Shown here: one piece after another, positions 39,155 to 50,745 of the stretch | Numbering within the stretch: the stretch's first letter is position 1 | How the letters are laid out: each line of letters starts with the position of its first letter | Origin: Candidatus Latescibacterota bacterium | GTDB taxonomy: Bacteria; Latescibacterota; UBA2968; UBA8231 | Direction of reading: 5' to 3' | Length of the DNA stretch: 64,000 nucleotides | NCBI GenBank assembly: GCA_965242865.1 | Contig: CBDETK010000013.1 | Location: 3,008,001 to 3,072,000, forward strand | Made by a program: the position numbers and the translations under genes | The notes under the pieces: model-generated | What the model saw: only the letters and a program-made list of their open reading frames with translations | The model's database searches: none | Told to the model about the DNA's origin: nothing

Positions 39155-42100
39155 CTAGCTGTCTGTGCCGGAAGAGGTCAGGTCAATGCCAAGCTGTCCA
39201 CTGTTCTCCCGCACGGCCCGCGCCGTGCTCTCGGAGAAGCCATCGGCCTTGTCCGCCGCGATGGTAATGGTAACTGTTACCGCACCACCGCCATCGCGTA
39301 GGGTGCGGATAATCTCCTCGCGCAACTGGTTGACGTCGTCCAACGATACGTCGTTTGCGGTTGTCTTGCTGGCGACGATGCGCGTAGGGCCGTGCGGTGC
39401 AGGGAGCGGCGTCCCCGAATCGACGATTGTAGTAGGTTCAGCGGGGCCTGTGTCGTCGGTCGAGGATTCCAAGTCTTTTGGTGTCTCCTCACCTTCCGCG
39501 ACTACCAACTCCGCCATCTCGGGATTGACCAGCAACGTCGCGCTGCGCTCGCCCGCATTAGACGACGAGCTACTGATCGGCTCGCGGAAGCGCATCCCCT
39601 CGTACTGCTCCCCGTCGTAGGACTCGGCGTAGCCGAAAGCCCCGTCGGGCACCCCTTGTTCGATACAACGTTGCAGGACCGCTCTATTTCGCAGGCGGTG
39701 CATGTACACATAGCGGGTCATCATGTCCCACAAGCCATCTATGCTAATGTGGTCTTGGTGGTTGGGATTGTTCCATACGTACTGCTTCAACAGGGTGGCC
39801 AACGCCGAAGGGCTTATGTGTTCTACGAGGGCCTCGTCCCCGATGAACTTGGCGAAAGCATTGTCAATAATCTCGCCGTCCGTCGCACCAACCTGAGAGA
39901 CGGCCAAGCGATATTCAGCCTTCTGCGGATCGTCTTGAACCGGGGCGATGGCCCAGCGGTACGCCCCAATTAGAGCAGCCCGCACCTCGGATTCCGCTGT
40001 CCTGAGACTGCTCTGAGCCTGTTTGAGCCGGTCGCCCGAGAGGTTTTCAATGCGACGGTCGCCGTTGACGATGGAATGCCAAGCGAGGAACGTCTTAACC
40101 CGGTTGTTCAGATCGCGAATCTCGTCTTTTTTCGCGGCCAGAAAGAGCAGGGTATTCCTGCGGACCCGGAGGGCGTCGCCACAGTGTTGTAGCATTTGCT
40201 GCACCGCTGGCTCGGCGTGGTCTTTCTCGCTGGCGCGGCTCGGCAGCGACCTATCAGGGAGCAAAAGCACGAGGCGCACCGCATCGGCGTCGGGCACGGC
40301 CTTTGAATCGGCTGGGCAGACGATGACGTCTGAGCGGCGTCCAACCGCCTCTTGCAACTGCGCGACGATGTGGTCGTTAATGTCTCGGCCGCTCAGGGCC
40401 GCGGCGCGATCGGTGGCGACCTTGTTGAGGTTTTCCTCGGCGTGGAAGTAGTACCGCCCCTCGCTACTGTAAAGGTAGTAGAGATCGCTGCTGATTTGGC
40501 CGAGGGCATCGTTGTACACCGAGACTCCGTGTTTGGGCTGTACTACGCCGAGGCGAATCTGCCGAGCATCAATGCCTTTGACGGCCCCGCTGCCGGAACT
40601 GCCGAGGAAAATTGTGCGGGCTAGGCGTCGAGCGGCTCCGCCGACCTCGCCAAATCGCTGGGACGCCCGGTCTATGTTGTCGGTTCTGAAGTTGTTGCCA
40701 TCAACCTCGGACAGGACTGGCCCCCATTGGCTACCCAGCAGCCTGACAAACTCGTTGGCCAAGGCCGTATCGCTCAAGGTCAGATTCGCCGGCATGATCA
40801 GCGGGGAAGCATCGTTGTCTAAATACAGGCGGCTGACGCAGTTGGCCATCATCCGCAGGACGCCGCGCGTGCGCTGGAACTGGGTAATAGACGACCAATC
40901 CAAATAGAGGCGGTCGAAAATCTCTGGGTGAATGGGGTAGCAGGCTCGCAGCCGCTCGAGGTAGTGATGCTCGCTGACCTCGCGGGGGTACTCGTTGCGC
41001 GCCCGACTGTACATAGCGGCAAAGGCTTCGCAAGTGCGATCCCTAGCGGCCTCGTCCATGTCGTTTCCAAACAGTCTGCGGCGCACCACTTCAAACGCTT
41101 CGTTGGTCTCAAGCGGTTCCCACACGGCCTCAATGCGCCCCAAAAGGTGCTCTAGCCGGTTGAGGGCCTCCATACCGGCCTCGCTTCCCGCCTCAACGCT
41201 GCTTTCGGGCAGGGTTACGACGAGGGCCGCGTTGTTGTTCCTGCGGACGGCTTGGGTGAGGGCTTGGACGAAGGTTAAGATGTTGTCCTGTGCGTTCCCG
41301 GCATTGCGCGCGTATGCCACCAACTCGTCGATGAGGATGACGCACGGCCCGACGTGGGCGAATAGCTGGTCGAGCTGGGCACCGCCGGGCGCGGTCCCCT
41401 GTCGCGCCGCTTGGCCGACTAAATCGTAGGCGTCTTGACCGCCGAGTTGGTACGCCATCGCGCCCCACAGGGTGTTGAGCGGATCGCCGTTGGGGGTTTG
41501 GGCGGCATCGGTGGGCGAAAGGTACGTGCCGTCGAGCACGGCGACGCGGGCCTGAACGCCAAGAGTTGGGGCCAGCCCGGCCTCTTCTATAATGCCGCGG
41601 ATCTCGTTGTAGGGCTGCTCGGATTGTCCCTTGCCGCTCGGATTGGTCAGGGCGTCGGTGCTGTTTACTAGATGATAGAGCGCGATGAGGCTGTGCGTCT
41701 TGCCGCCGCCAAAGCCCGTTTTGGTCTGGATAACCGGATCGCCCCCGTTGCCACTGAGCCGCTGCAAGGTGTTCACTAACAGGGTGCGGATGCCCGGGGT
41801 GATGTACGTGTGGTTGAAGAAGCTGACTGGATTGCCGTATTGAGTGGCGTCGGCGCGCCCGTCGTGGACTTGTTGGAGATCGGCCGCAAACTCGGCCTCT
41901 TGGAAGGTGCCTAGGGCCACATCGGGATTGGGACGAATGACCGTCCGCCAAGGAGCGAGATCGCCGGTCGGACGGGATGCTGGCGGTGCGGGTTGGCGCT
42001 GGGTGGAGGTCTCGCGTTGGCTGGCCGGGCTGTCGAGTTGGTTCCGAATCGTTTCTACGGCCTGCTTCTGCTTGGGTGCATTGATTTTGCCGATCACATC

Positions 42101-42497
42101 GGCGATGAGAAACAGGTGGGTTCGGACGAACTCGGCCTCTAGGTCTTGGGGGCCGGGATGAGCCGCCTTGTCGCGGGCTTCCTTTATCAGCCATAGCGCG
42201 TTCTGGACCCCCCGCTCGTCGCCAAAGGGCTGTTGGAAGAGGCCGCTCCACTTTCTGCTGATGAGGTGGGGAAAGTCGCCAATGTCTATGGAGGCCGCTG
42301 CATCGCGCCCGTTCTTGCTCAGGTTGAGGCTGAACTGCTCGGCCTGTCTGTGATTTAGCCCCTCGCGGATCACCTCTTCAACCTGCTGGCCCCGCACCTT
42401 CTTTAGCGAGCGGACAATAAACGGGCGCATGGCGTCGCGGTAGATGTCTAGCCCCTTGTTGAGCGCGTCCCTGTTGGGGCGGTCTATCGTCGTATTC

Positions 42498-42508
<11 letters not shown>
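39155..42508 (-). CDS. DUF499 AAA+ ATPase with N-terminal Swt1/HEPN-like domain
   Basis: [43 protein letters not shown]; N-terminal RDKAAH motif. GTG start lies inside the sufB 3' end. Confidence 0.9.
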
Positions 42509-43961
<1,453 letters not shown>

Positions 43962-43994
43962 GTTGGCTCCTTGTATCTAGATGCGGTCTCAAGA

Positions 43995-44025
43995 ACTTAG
44001 AAATCTGTACAAAAAAGTCAAGTTT
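43995..44025 (-). promoter_or_regulatory. Putative suf promoter with overlapping Rrf2/IscR-like operator
   Basis: Minus strand AAACTTGACTTTTTTGTACAGATTT is an imperfect dyad containing a TTGACT -35-like hexamer, about 40-60 bp upstream of sufB. Confidence 0.45.
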
Positions 44026-44041
44026 CGGGGCGAGGTGGGTA

Positions 44042-44941
44042 CTAGCCCATTTTTTTGCGCTGCGCCAAGTACCGAGATAAGGCCACGTCAAAGGGGGTCG
44101 CCGTGTCGAGCAGGGCGTAGTCAATGCCGGCCTCGGCGCACCCGAGCCGATAGGTCTGGATTAGATCGTCCATCAGGGCGCGGTACTCGTGCTGGATGTG
44201 CCAAGGTTGGGTGGTGAGGGTTTGGGCCGGGTCTTCGAGGTCGTAGAAGCGGGTCTGATCGCGGAAGGCGAGGTCGCGCTCGCGGGGGTCGAGCAAGTGG
44301 AAGACGATCACTTCGTGCCGCAGGTGGCGGAAGTGGCGCAACCCTTCGAGGACTTGGTCGGGCGCGTCGAGTAGGTCGGAGAGCACGATGACGAGGCCGC
44401 GGCGGCGAATGCGCTCGGCGAGGTCGTGGAAGGCCGGGGCCATGGTCGTCTCGCTGTGCGGACTCGCTTGGTCAATGGCCTTGAGGAGGACTTGCAGGTG
44501 GCTTTGCACCGAGCGCGGCGGCACGTACACCTCGGTTTGGTGGTGGTAGAGCAACAGGCCGACCGCATCGCGTTGCTTGAGCATGAGATAGGCCAACGCG
44601 CCGGCCAAAGAGGCTGCGTAGCGAAACTTGCTCAGGGGCGCACCGGCCGCAAAGTCCATGGAGCCGGAGACGTCGAGCAGCAGGTAGGCTTTGAGATTGG
44701 TCTCCTCCTCGTACTGTTTGACGTACAGGCGGTCGGACTTGGCATACGCCTTCCAATCAAGGTCGCGCAGCGGGTCGCCCGGCAGGTACGGACGGTGCTC
44801 GGAGAATTCGACCGAGAAGCCGTGGTACGGGCTGCGGTGTAGGCCGGTGATAAAGCCTTCCACCACGAGGCGCGCAATCAGGTCGAGGCGCGAGAGGCGC
44901 GAGATGGTTTCCGGGTGGAGGTAGGAGGCCGCTTCGCTCAC
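44042..44941 (-). CDS. DUF58 (vWA-like) protein
   Basis: GLHRSPYHGFSVEFSEHRPY.PGD, DWKAYAK, LDVSGSM. Confidence 0.92.
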   Translation of the reverse strand: MSEAASYLHPETISRLSRLDLIARLVVEGFITGLHRSPYHGFSVEFSEHRPYLPGDPLRDLDWKAYAKSDRLYVKQYEEETNLKAYLLLDVSGSMDFAAGAPLSKFRYAASLAGALAYLMLKQRDAVGLLLYHHQTEVYVPPRSVQSHLQVLLKAIDQASPHSETTMAPAFHDLAERIRRRGLVIVLSDLLDAPDQVLEGLRHFRHLRHEVIVFHLLDPRERDLAFRDQTRFYDLEDPAQTLTTQPWHIQHEYRALMDDLIQTYRLGCAEAGIDYALLDTATPFDVALSRYLAQRKKMG

Positions 44942-44942
44942 G

Positions 44943-45932
<990 letters not shown>

Positions 45933-45965
45933 GTACTTCCTTTCGGGACAATGGACGGTTGAATT

Positions 45966-46043
45966 GGCAGAAGATATGGGCGGAGGTGCCGCTTGGCCAG
46001 TTTGCAAGCTGGCGATCTTCGCAGAGGACGCACCTGTTTGACA
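45966..46043. repeat. moxR upstream segment X, second copy at 50211-50282
   Basis: GGCAGAAGATATGGGCGGAG...TCTTCGCAGAGGACGCACCTGTTTGACA occurs in both places, with a 6 bp indel. Confidence 0.9.
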
Positions 46044-46056
46044 TGGATTCACAATT

Positions 46057-46290
46057 CTAAGATTCGCAACCGTTGAACCTGATTGAGCAGTAGGGCAGCG
46101 GCATCCCCCGCATGTTTCGCGAGGCGGAAGGGCTGGGGCTACCGGAGTTACAGATTGCGGAACGGTCTTAGATACCGGCCTCGTTGAAAGGACGCAGCCC
46201 GAGTCGCCGAGGAGTCCCAAGCAGAAGTATCGCCTAACCGCAAGGGGGAAGAAGGTGCTTTTCGAGGGCGATCCAGCGGGAGTTGGATGA
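46057..46290 (+). pseudogene. Fragmented remnant of an ATP-binding protein with RecG-C/HATPase_c_4 and Fic-like C-terminal wHTH
   Basis: SKIRNR / LNLIEQ*GSGIPRMFREAEGLGLPE (probable TGG to TAG) / GLVERTQPESPRSPKQKYRLTARG, in shifting frames. Confidence 0.7.
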
Positions 46291-46442
46291 CAGGGTGCTT
46301 TGCGTGGTCTGGGCTGTTTTGTGCCGATGAGCCGAGCAATCGCTACGATACGGCGCAAATAGTAGCTGGTTCCTATCGCCTGTTCCAGATCGCCAGCCCA
46401 TCGCCTCAACGCCATGCAAGCCGGGCAGGTGATCCTCCATGA

Positions 46443-48185
46443 CTACCGAATCTCCAGCGCGATGGTCGATGGCGTCGTCAATCCCATGTAGATGAGGTCT
46501 GTGACGCCTGAGCCATCGAGGTTGGCATACTGAATCTTTCGCGTACTATAGTCAGCCCAGTACATCTTTTTTTCGCCCGCCATATCCGGCGGCCCCAGCG
46601 CGATGCCAAACGGATCAATCAATCCCCTGTTGGAGACGAGGGTTTCGACGTTTCTGCCATCGAGGTCGGCCCGCTGAATTTTTATTGAGTTCAGGACCGA
46701 ACTATTGCCCCGGTCCGTCCAGTACATCTTTCTGCTCCACAGATCCAGCGCGATGCGCCCTGGCCTAAACAACTCATTTGGTCGAAACATAGTACGGAGT
46801 GTTGAGCCTTCCGTAACGCCCTCTAAGGTGACGAGGATTTCGTCGTTTCTGCCATCGAGGTCGGCCCGATGAATGTTATTCCAACCCTGGTCTGTGAAGT
46901 ACATCTTTCCGCCCTCCACATCCAGCGCGATGCCCGATGGATCCGCCAATCTCATGGTGCCGAGGGTTTCCATGTTGTCGCCACTTAGGTCGGCCCGCCG
47001 TATCCTATTTCCGCCCGTTTCCGCCCAGTACATCTTTTTGTTTTCGCTCTCCAGATCCAGCGCGATGCCCGATGGCCAATCCAAGCCCGTTTTGATAAGG
47101 GTGTCGACGTTTGCGTTTTCGCCATCTAGATCGACCCGATGAATTTTATTCCCCGTTAGGTCCGTCCAGTACACCTTTCTGTTCGCCAGATCCAGCGCGA
47201 TGCCCGATGGATTCGATCCCGGGATGAAGGCGAGGGTGTCGACGTTATCCGGGTCGGCAGGGTCGGCACGATGAATCCTACCCGTGCCATAGTCCGTCCA
47301 GTATAGGGCGATCAGTTCGCGGATTGGTTCCTGCGGTCCCGTCGGTTCTGGTTCTTCTGGATAGACTTGGACGGTTTCGACGCGGGGGTATTTCTCTATT
47401 ACCGCTACGACGCGGAGGCCGCTTGCCATTGAGGCGGCGAGTTGCTGGTTCGCGGCGTGCTGGCTGAGGGCGTTTTCCATCACGCCCAGCCATTGCAAGT
47501 TCGTCAGGCTGGCCAAGGGACTGACATCCGCAATCTCGTTGTCTCCTAGCTGGAGCCATTGCAGGTTCGTTAAGCGAGCTAACGGCTGCACGTCGGTAAT
47601 CGCGTTGCCCCACATATCCAGTTTGCGCAAGCGGATCAGGCTGGCCAGCGGGCTCGCATCCGCCACCTTGTTACCCCACAACGACAACGTTTGAAGGTTG
47701 ATCAAACTGGCCAACGGCTGCACGTCGGTAATCGCGTTGCCCCGTAGATACAGCGTTGTCAGTGCTGTTGCGTGTTCGAGGCCGGCCACGCTCTCAATGT
47801 TTTTATAGCTCGCGTCGAGTTCGGTCAGGGCGGCCAAGTCCGCCGGGGTCAGGGTCCCTTGCGGGCGATCCAGTGCCTCCCGCACCGCCCGCTCCAAATT
47901 GGCGTCGGCGAACTCCACGGTGGCCGCTTGGGTGCTGTCAGCATCAGCTTCGGTCTGGGTGCTATCGGCGTCAGCGTCGGTCTGGGTGGTGTCGGGGCTT
48001 TCGGGGGCGGGCAGCCCGTCGGTAGCGGTGTAGGCGTCGTCGCCCAAGAACTCGCACAAGGAACAAGTGGCTTTGCCGACCGGCCGAGAAGCCACCGGCG
48101 CGGAGTCCGAGCAGCCCGTCCAAGCAGCGACGATGCCCAAAAGGACGAACGCAAACAGGGTTTTGAGAGATTTCAACGAAAGCAT
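46443..48185 (-). CDS. Lipoprotein with internalin-like LRRs and YWTD (LDL-receptor class B) beta-propeller
   Basis: Lipobox WTGC; FADANLERAVR cap; 22 aa LRRs (L.L.GN.I.DV.PLA.L.NL); YWTD/YWAE/YFTD repeats. Confidence 0.9.
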   Translation of the reverse strand: MLSLKSLKTLFAFVLLGIVAAWTGCSDSAPVASRPVGKATCSLCEFLGDDAYTATDGLPAPESPDTTQTDADADSTQTEADADSTQAATVEFADANLERAVREALDRPQGTLTPADLAALTELDASYKNIESVAGLEHATALTTLYLRGNAITDVQPLASLINLQTLSLWGNKVADASPLASLIRLRKLDMWGNAITDVQPLARLTNLQWLQLGDNEIADVSPLASLTNLQWLGVMENALSQHAANQQLAASMASGLRVVAVIEKYPRVETVQVYPEEPEPTGPQEPIRELIALYWTDYGTGRIHRADPADPDNVDTLAFIPGSNPSGIALDLANRKVYWTDLTGNKIHRVDLDGENANVDTLIKTGLDWPSGIALDLESENKKMYWAETGGNRIRRADLSGDNMETLGTMRLADPSGIALDVEGGKMYFTDQGWNNIHRADLDGRNDEILVTLEGVTEGSTLRTMFRPNELFRPGRIALDLWSRKMYWTDRGNSSVLNSIKIQRADLDGRNVETLVSNRGLIDPFGIALGPPDMAGEKKMYWADYSTRKIQYANLDGSGVTDLIYMGLTTPSTIALEIR

Positions 48186-48546
48186 TTTTTGCTCCTTTGT
48201 ATGGTTGGGGAAGAAATGGTATGCAGGTTGGAAGAGGGGCAGGACGCCCCGAAAGAGGCGGAGCTAGCCCTAGGGCTAACGTGGAGTGCTCAGGACGCGC
48301 CCCTTGCTGTGGGTGCGCCTTTGCTAGTGTTCTCGCGGTGTCTGGGTCGAAGAGATTCCGCTCTCGGTCCTTGGCAGACGGGTTGCGGGGGTGGTGCAGG
48401 AAACGTGGATCAGCACAAAGGCCGCACGGCAGCGTGAGCTTTGGATCGTGCGGCCAGACCGACGCGCCGCCCAACAGCCGCGCACGAGCCGTCGGCCTAT
48501 GTAGAGAAGTAGAGAGTTTAGTGCTTGGTGCTAGAGAAGAATTTTC

Positions 48547-48566
48547 GGGGGGGGGGGGGGGGGGGG
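48547..48566. repeat. G20 homopolymer tract
   Basis: 20 consecutive G residues, directly visible. Confidence 0.9.
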
Positions 48567-48592
48567 TAAGTTGTTGTTTTTCAAGGACTTAC
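48566..48592. other. Imperfect palindrome GTAAGTTGTTG-N5-CAAGGACTTAC
   Basis: 11 bp arms with 9/11 complementarity, abutting the G tract. Confidence 0.6.
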
Positions 48593-48716
48593 GACGCATT
48601 AAATCCGACGATGAATCCAAGCACCCAACAGGGTTTTGCCCCACAGCAAGGCCCCTGCCTGATATGAAATGCTTAACCATCGTCTCGTTCATCTGCCAAC
48701 CCCAAGTGGGCCGCTG

Positions 48717-48783
48717 TAACGGGCAGGCACGGGGGCCTGCCCCAACGGGATTCTAACGGGCAGGCACGGGGGGCCGCCCCTGA
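48717..48783. repeat. Two tandem GTAG-type REP-like palindromes
   Basis: TAACGGGCAGGCACGGGGG occurs twice; the minus strand reads GTTGGGGCAGGCCCCCGTGCCTGCCC, a hairpin. Confidence 0.7.
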
Positions 48784-48853
48784 TTGTAGGTTCTTTGCCG
48801 TCGGGCCGTAATTAAAAGCCTAAACGCAGAAGCCGCAACCTGCGTACTTCTAC

Positions 48854-48965
48854 GGCATGTTCAAGCGCCAGCGGGATCGCCTTAAACGATTGTTCGGCAA
48901 TCTCGTCCCCGGCAAATAAGAACTCTTTAAGGTCGTCTATGGGCACAGGCCGATAGATTTCATCG
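48854..48965 (-). pseudogene. Duplicated 3' end of the hicB-like gene (copy of 50346-50457)
   Basis: 112 bp with 3 mismatches, all synonymous in the hicB frame. Confidence 0.92.
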
Positions 48966-50099
48966 GGCACCCAAAACCGCTGGCACCTCCGGCAGCGGCA
49001 GTGCCGTAATGCGCTCGTCGAGCCGATAGCGCGCTTTGCCCGGATACACCACCCACAAGTGTTCTAAGTCGAGTTCAGTGCTGGCACTCCGCATGGATCG
49101 GGTCAAGCGGGGCGCGTCCGCAAACTTGCACTCCACCGCCCAGTTGCGGCCGCTTTTCTGCCAGAACAAGTCGACCTCGGCCCCGGTGTGGGTGCGCCAG
49201 AAATACAACTCCTCGTCGCGCTTTTCCAAGGCCCGACACGCACACTCTAGGGCAAAGCCCTCCCACGAAGCCCCTAGGCGGTTGTGCCCCATGAGCTGCT
49301 CCATGCTATCAATCGCCAGCAGCGCGTGGAACAGCCCCGAGTCCCGCAGATAAATTTTGGGCCTTTTCACCAGCCGCTTGCTGGTGTTGGAGTGCCAAGG
49401 CTGTAGGATGCGCACCATGAACGTACCGGCGAGAATATCTATGTACCGCCGCACCGTCACATCCGCGATGCCGAAATTGCGGGCGAATTCGGCGTAGTTC
49501 ACGACTTGGGCGTGGTAGTGGCACAGCATGGTCCAGAACCGCCGCAAGGTGGGGGCGGGGATGTTGATGCCCAGTTGGGGAACATCGCGCTCTAGAAAAG
49601 TGCTAATGTAGTGCTCGCGCCACCTAGAGCTAGCGGCCTCGGAAGGGGCGGTGTAGGAGCTGGGAAAACCGCCGCGCCACCACAGCCGCTTCCAGTCGGA
49701 CCGCTCGATATCGTCGAGCCGCAATCCGCCCAAGTGGTAATAGGCGATGCGGCCCGCTAGGGATTCGCTGCTCTGGCGTATCAAGTCCCAAGAGGCACTC
49801 CCTAGGACGAGGTATTTCTGGCCGGGCTGGGTATCGACTAGATACCGCAGTATGGGGAACAGGTCTGGCACCCGCTGGATCTCGTCGATGGCGACCAGCC
49901 CGGACAAATCCTCTAGAGCTAACTGCGGCTGCTCCAGTCGGGCTAGATCCCGTGGATTTTCCAAATCGAAGTAGTGCTCCGTGGGGAATTGTCGCGCTAG
50001 CGTTGTTTTGCCGCACTGGCGCACGCCGAGGATAGCCGTGACCGAGAAAAGACCAATGAGTTGTTCAAGACGCTGAATATCTTTCGGACGCGGGATCAC
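48960..50099 (-). CDS. AAA_14 + DUF4143 ATPase/nuclease
   Basis: GVRQCGKT, IDEIQ, RGGFP, KRPKIYLRDSG, EVDL..AVECK; GAGGAGG RBS with GTG start. Confidence 0.9.
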   Translation of the reverse strand: MIPRPKDIQRLEQLIGLFSVTAILGVRQCGKTTLARQFPTEHYFDLENPRDLARLEQPQLALEDLSGLVAIDEIQRVPDLFPILRYLVDTQPGQKYLVLGSASWDLIRQSSESLAGRIAYYHLGGLRLDDIERSDWKRLWWRGGFPSSYTAPSEAASSRWREHYISTFLERDVPQLGINIPAPTLRRFWTMLCHYHAQVVNYAEFARNFGIADVTVRRYIDILAGTFMVRILQPWHSNTSKRLVKRPKIYLRDSGLFHALLAIDSMEQLMGHNRLGASWEGFALECACRALEKRDEELYFWRTHTGAEVDLFWQKSGRNWAVECKFADAPRLTRSMRSASTELDLEHLWVVYPGKARYRLDERITALPLPEVPAVLGAR

Positions 50100-50118
50100 G
50101 AGGCCCTCCTCTGCGGCA

Positions 50119-50163
50119 TTATCCCTGAAATATCAACACCAATATATGAAATTTCAGGGATAA
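50119..50163. promoter_or_regulatory. 13 bp perfect inverted repeat upstream of the AAA_14-DUF4143 gene
   Basis: TTATCCCTGAAAT-N19-ATTTCAGGGATAA. Confidence 0.6.
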
Positions 50164-50164
50164 A

Positions 50165-50208
50165 TACTCAGGTCTTGCGTTTCTTTTTTTAGTCGCTGGG
50201 AAGAGCAC
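50165..50208 (-). pseudogene. Diverged copy of the 3' end of the gene at 50746-52005
   Basis: GTGCTCTTCCCAGCGACTAAAAAAAGAAACGCAAGACCTGAGTA versus GTGCTCTTCCCGGCGGCCAAGAAAAAGGAGCGCAAGACCTGAGTA (50743-50787). Confidence 0.85.
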
Positions 50209-50282
50209 TCGGCAAAAGATATGGGCGGAGATGCCGCAGTTTGCAAGCGGGTAATCTTCGCAGAGGACGCACCTGTTTGACA

Positions 50283-50350
50283 GCGGAAAGTTGGATGCCG
50301 ATCTGCTCCAATATCCAAGCCACATCCCTGTTGGATAGGTTCTTAGGCAT
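50283..50350 (-). pseudogene. Truncated HicA-like toxin N-terminus
   Basis: MPKNLSNRDVAWILEQIGIQL overlaps the hicB stop, then runs into repeat X. Confidence 0.55.
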
Positions 50351-50621
50351 GTTCGAGTGCCAGCGGGATCGCCTTAAACGATTGTTCGGCAATCTCGTCC
50401 CCGGCAAACAAGAACTCTTTAAGGTCGTCTATGGGCACAGGCCGATAGATTTCATCGCGGCGATTCTCAGCAATCATGTACTCTAGATAGGCTTCGGCCG
50501 CGTCTCTCAAGCCGTCCAGTGCTTCTTTTTTGTTTTTACCGCAAGAAGCAATATCCAGTTCGACGCACAGCGAAGCGTACTGACTGCCTTCTTTTTTGAT
50601 TAAACAAGTAAGTGGTTTCAT
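50343..50621 (-). CDS. HicB-like antitoxin
   Basis: YASLCVELDIASCG...EALDGLRDAAEAYL; GGAGG RBS. Confidence 0.8.
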   Translation of the reverse strand: MKPLTCLIKKEGSQYASLCVELDIASCGKNKKEALDGLRDAAEAYLEYMIAENRRDEIYRPVPIDDLKEFLFAGDEIAEQSFKAIPLALEHA

Positions 50622-50745
50622 GGCAGACCTCCTCCAGTTAGAAAAAGTTGTTCAAGAACTGATGGAACTGTGTGCTTACACTACAAACAAGCAGATCGCG
50701 ATAGAACGGCATTTCCCGTAGGAAAAACGGTTTCACCGCTACTAC

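Noticed and set aside
45933-46415. 161 aa N-terminal extension of MoxR in the ORF track
   Set aside because: Non-homologous read-through across a repeat and an opposite-strand pseudogene; the family start is at 45932.
46580-47780. Repeated DNA (CCAGCGCGATGCCCGATGG etc.) as CRISPR or DGR repeats
   Set aside because: These are coding YWTD and LRR repeats. There are no unique spacers of regular length, no cas genes and no reverse transcriptase.
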